64,000 nt of DNA, taken from positions 6,690 through 70,689 of the forward strand of contig JAUXGZ010000001.1 of NCBI GenBank assembly GCA_030621785.1. The letters are read 5' to 3'. Of this stretch, positions 60,365 to 64,000 are shown one piece after another. How positions within the stretch are numbered: position 1 is the first letter of the stretch; every line of letters starts with the position of its first letter. The stretch comes from Gammaproteobacteria bacterium (lineage in GTDB: Bacteria; Pseudomonadota; Gammaproteobacteria; DSM-19610). Position numbers and translations under genes: made by a program. The notes under the pieces are model-generated. The model was not told the DNA's origin. It did no database searches and worked only from the letters and a program-made list of their open reading frames with translations.

Positions 60365-61381
60365 TCACTGCACTACTTCTACCAGTTCCGGCTCCGGGCC
60401 TGCAGCCTGCTTTCTGTGCCATCTGACCGCCGACTCGACTATAGAACGTAAATCACTGTGCTGTGCCTGCCAGCCCAATACCCGGAACGCCTCACCCGGT
60501 TCAGCCACCAGCGCAGGAGGATCTCCTTCCCTGCGAGCCGACTCCTTCGTTGGTACAGCGCGTTTACTCGCAGACTCAACGGCCTTGATAACATCCCTGA
60601 CCGAATGACCGCTGCCGGTACCCACGTTCAGGGACAGGCTCTGTTTTCCCTGCAGCAGATGTTGCAGGGCCCGCACATGGACGTTGGCCAGATCGCTTAC
60701 ATGAATGTAATCCCGCAGTGCGGTACCGTCCGGAGTTGGATAATCGGTGCCATAGATTTCGATATGCTCTCTCTCACCGAGCGCAGCCTGGATAGTCAGC
60801 GGTATCAGGTGCGTTTCAGGATCATGGTCCTCACCAATCTCGCCTTCCGGGTCGGCACCTGCGGCATTGAAATAGCGCAATATGGCGTGGCGAAATCCGT
60901 AGGCTTTTTCATAATCGCGCAGAATCTGCTCAATCATCAATTTACTCTGCCCGTACGGATTGATCGGCTTTTGTTCGTGATCTTCCTTGATGGGAATACT
61001 GTGAGGCACGCCGTAGGTGGCACAGGTACTTGAAAATACCAGACTGGAACAGCCGTTAGCCCTGACGGCATCCAGTAGCGCAATCGTGCCGGCTACATTA
61101 TTCCGATAGTACTTGTCAGGTGATACAACCGACTCCCCTACGTAGGCAAAGGCGGCAAAATGCAGGACAGCTTGCGGCTTCCAGGTGCTGAATACATGAT
61201 CCAGCATGGCCCTGTCACTGATGTCGCCCCTGACGAGGGGCCCCCATTTGACCGCCCACTCGTGGCCATACACCAGGTTATCAACGGTAATCGGGAAATA
61301 TCCGTTTTCCGACAATGCCTTACAGGCATGGCTACCTACATAGCCCGCCCCCCCGGTAACCAGAATCGGTACCGGCTTCAT
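60365..61381 (-). CDS. galE: UDP-glucose 4-epimerase family (GalE-like; may act on UDP-pentose)
   Basis: [45 protein letters not shown]. Confidence 0.85.
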   Translation of the reverse strand: MKPVPILVTGGAGYVGSHACKALSENGYFPITVDNLVYGHEWAVKWGPLVRGDISDRAMLDHVFSTWKPQAVLHFAAFAYVGESVVSPDKYYRNNVAGTIALLDAVRANGCSSLVFSSTCATYGVPHSIPIKEDHEQKPINPYGQSKLMIEQILRDYEKAYGFRHAILRYFNAAGADPEGEIGEDHDPETHLIPLTIQAALGEREHIEIYGTDYPTPDGTALRDYIHVSDLANVHVRALQHLLQGKQSLSLNVGTGSGHSVRDVIKAVESASKRAVPTKESARREGDPPALVAEPGEAFRVLGWQAQHSDLRSIVESAVRWHRKQAAGPEPELVEVVQ

Positions 61382-62340
61382 ATCAGTTGCTCGTTCAGCA
61401 GGCCCTGGAAATACGGGATCGTTTTGGCAAGTCCCTCTTCCAGCTTCACCCCCGGCTCCCAGCCCAGCTCCTTCCTGGCAAGCGTAATATCCGGTTGGCG
61501 CTGTTTGGGGTCATCCTGTGGAAGCGTGTTGAATTCAACCCCCGATTCCGTGCCGGTCATTTCGACTACTTTCCTGGCCAGTTCAAGAATCGTGAATTCC
61601 ACAGGATTCCCCAGATTCACCGGACCGGTAAAACCATCACCACTGCCCATTAGCCGAATCAAGCCCTCTACCAGGTCATCTACATAGCAAAATGACCGGG
61701 TCTGGGATCCATCGCCGAATACCGATATTGGTTTGTTTTTCAAACTTTGCACAATGAAGTTGGATACAACCCTGCCGTCGTTCGGGTGCATCCTGGGTCC
61801 GTAGGTATTGAAAATCCTGCCGACCTTGATATCGAGTCCGTGCTGACGTTTGTAGTCGAAAAACAGGGTCTCTGCACAGCGTTTACCCTCATCGTAACAG
61901 GCACGTGGCCCCAGGGGATTTACGTTTCCCCAGTACTCCTCCCGCTGCGGATGCATAGTCGGATCGCCGTATACTTCTGAAGTAGAGGCCTGAAGAATCC
62001 GCGCCTTCACCCTTTTTGCCAGCCCAAGCATATTGATCGCGCCCTGCACCGAGGTCTTTGTCGTCTGCACCGGGTCAAACTGGTAGTGTATGGGTGATGC
62101 CGGACAGGCCAGGTTATAAATTTCATCGACTTCAACGAACAGCGGGAAAGTAATGTCATGACGGATGAACTCGAACAACGGGTTATCCATCAGATGGCTT
62201 ATGTTGCTCTTCGTTCCGGTAAAACAATTATCGACACACAAAACCTCTGCGCCTTCCCCCAGCAGACGTTCGCAAAGATGACTGCCCAGAAACCCCGCAC
62301 CGCCGGTGACCAGCACCCGCTTTCTTATACTATATCTCAT
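61378..62340 (-). CDS. UDP-glucuronate decarboxylase (UDP-xylose synthase)
   Basis: [47 protein letters not shown]. Confidence 0.92.
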   Translation of the reverse strand: MRYSIRKRVLVTGGAGFLGSHLCERLLGEGAEVLCVDNCFTGTKSNISHLMDNPLFEFIRHDITFPLFVEVDEIYNLACPASPIHYQFDPVQTTKTSVQGAINMLGLAKRVKARILQASTSEVYGDPTMHPQREEYWGNVNPLGPRACYDEGKRCAETLFFDYKRQHGLDIKVGRIFNTYGPRMHPNDGRVVSNFIVQSLKNKPISVFGDGSQTRSFCYVDDLVEGLIRLMGSGDGFTGPVNLGNPVEFTILELARKVVEMTGTESGVEFNTLPQDDPKQRQPDITLARKELGWEPGVKLEEGLAKTIPYFQGLLNEQLI

Positions 62341-62352
62341 ATCATTACCTCA

Positions 62353-63615
62353 CTATATATGTTGCTTCCTGGCAGCCCCGCTGCCGTATATTTCCCATCT
62401 GGGCGGTGTATTCAGGTCACGTTCCTGTTCCGCATCGGCGGTAACCAGCAAAGGATAGACGTGCCAGTGGTAGTCATAAACATGACCCCAGTCACGGGCA
62501 TAGACGCCTACATCCACAAAGTAGTCACCGGCTGGCAGATCGATTCGATCGAAATGCACCCTGGCATCGGTGTCCCGGTCAATATCCGGTATGTCCAGTT
62601 GTTCTGTATTGCTATCGAGAAATATTTCGCCTTTTTTATCGCTGACTGTAACGGATAGTATCGGCGACGGTATCGCTTTCCGGGGCGAGCAGGAAATTAT
62701 CACACTCAGTCCATCGCCCTTTTTTAGTTCTTCTATCGGCAATCCATCGGCTCCCTGAAACCGAACATTGCTTAGCTCCAGTTCCATGGTGCCCTTGCGG
62801 TTCTCACCGATGCGTAACTCCTGCCCGTTTCGGGTCCGCCGGACGGGAACATCGGCGTGCCTTCTTCTTTCCGTTTCCAGCAACATCGCGCGTTCATACT
62901 GATCCACGACACTCTGTGGTTCCCCGAATGCGGCAACCTTTCCGTCCCGTAACCAGATCACCCGGTCACATATTGCTTTCACCTGCTCAATATCATGCGA
63001 CACAATCAGGATGGCGCAGCCGTTACGCCTGAAGTATTCGATGCGATCGAGGCACTTCTGCTGAAACGCCAGATCTCCTACCGCGAGTACTTCGTCAATG
63101 AGCAGAATGTCGGGAGATGTGTGCACGCTGATGGAGAAAGCAAGCCGAAGCTGCATCCCCGAGCTGTATGTCCGCAGCGGATTGTCGATTGATTCCTCGA
63201 GCTCGGAGAACGCTACAATATCATCGAACCGGCGAGCCACCTCAGCCCGCGACAGGCCGGAAATTACACCATTGATAAAAATATTTTCCCGGCCGGTCAA
63301 TTCGGGATGAAATCCCGCACCAAGCTCCAGCAACGCACCAATCTTTCCATGTACAAGAATCTGCCCCCTGTCGGGCAGCCCGACTCCGCCAATCAATCTC
63401 AGCAAGGTTGATTTCCCGGCTCCATTTCTGCCAATTGCACCGACAATCTCTCCCCGACGAACTTCCAGATCAACCTGGTCAAGGGCAAGAAATTGCTCGC
63501 TCGCATTCAGCCTGTGCAGCCGGCTGACAAGGGCTTCCTTTAATGTTCCCGGATTCAGCTTGTGCCTGCGTGTGAAGCTTTTCCCAAGACCGCTAACCTT
63601 TATCGGAACATCCAT
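62353..63615 (-). CDS. wzt: Polysaccharide ABC exporter ATPase with C-terminal Wzt_C domain
   Basis: GRNGAGKST, ELGAGFHPELTGRENI, YSSGM, DEVLAVGD, C-terminal extension. Confidence 0.9.
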   Translation of the reverse strand: MDVPIKVSGLGKSFTRRHKLNPGTLKEALVSRLHRLNASEQFLALDQVDLEVRRGEIVGAIGRNGAGKSTLLRLIGGVGLPDRGQILVHGKIGALLELGAGFHPELTGRENIFINGVISGLSRAEVARRFDDIVAFSELEESIDNPLRTYSSGMQLRLAFSISVHTSPDILLIDEVLAVGDLAFQQKCLDRIEYFRRNGCAILIVSHDIEQVKAICDRVIWLRDGKVAAFGEPQSVVDQYERAMLLETERRRHADVPVRRTRNGQELRIGENRKGTMELELSNVRFQGADGLPIEELKKGDGLSVIISCSPRKAIPSPILSVTVSDKKGEIFLDSNTEQLDIPDIDRDTDARVHFDRIDLPAGDYFVDVGVYARDWGHVYDYHWHVYPLLVTADAEQERDLNTPPRWEIYGSGAARKQHI

Positions 63616-63617
63616 CG

Positions 63618-64000
63618 CTATATTTCTTCCGCAAAGCGGTAGCTATGCCGGATAAAAAGGGCTCGCCCGAACAGCAAAAGAACAAGGGATATTATTCCGA
63701 TTGTTCCGATAGCCCACCAGTCTATTCCGGACTGGCCGAGCAGAACACTGCGATAGGATTCAACAAAATGCACCATGGGATTCAGTCGATAGAGTGCCTG
63801 GTATTCATCCGGGATCATACTCGCATCATAAAATATCGGCGTCATGAAAAACATCAACTGCAACAGCACCACAACCAGGTGACCAAGGTCCCTGAAAACG
63901 ACGTTAAGCCCTGCCACGACATATGCGAGACTCAGTATAAGAATGAACTGCAAGCCAAGCAGCAACGGCAGGTACACTATTTGACCGTTGATACCGTCAC
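63618..64000 (-). CDS. wzm: Polysaccharide ABC exporter permease (5' part outside the window)
   Basis: FRDLGHL..FFMTPIFY..LNPMVHFVESYR..FAEEI; the frame is open to the window edge. Confidence 0.88.
   Translation of the reverse strand, partial: DGINGQIVYLPLLLGLQFILILSLAYVVAGLNVVFRDLGHLVVVLLQLMFFMTPIFYDASMIPDEYQALYRLNPMVHFVESYRSVLLGQSGIDWWAIGTIGIISLVLLLFGRALFIRHSYRFAEEI

Overview
Chromosomal window from a GC-rich Gammaproteobacterium. Gene content suggests a Chromatiales-like chemolithotroph, but this is inference only. The backbone is housekeeping: argC, hemJ, bfr/bfd, ptsP/rppH, B12-salvage genes, ampDE, ilvD, regBA, argE/argA, cpdA, amgK-murU, lptD-surA-pdxA and the end of a wzm/wzt polysaccharide cluster. 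The most interesting part is ~19.3-33.7 kb. It holds an orphan gspC, a secreted ankyrin protein, cusBA without cusC, a ~936-aa secreted SBP56/methanethiol-oxidase-like protein co-oriented behind a PEP-CTERM (VPxPA-CTERM) gene, an out-of-context lnt and a second PEP-CTERM gene. By eye I found four sigma-54 (-24/-12) promoters (12503 +, 30450 -, 33358 -, 39795 +). Each has the same 17-bp upstream box, YGTCG-N6-YTTACA on the transcribed strand. One of them drives an apparently non-coding ~155-nt transcript that ends in an intrinsic terminator. RegA/PrrA-type boxes and Fur boxes add redox and iron control. No rRNA, tRNA, CRISPR array or transposase was seen. All family calls come from motif recognition, not database searches.
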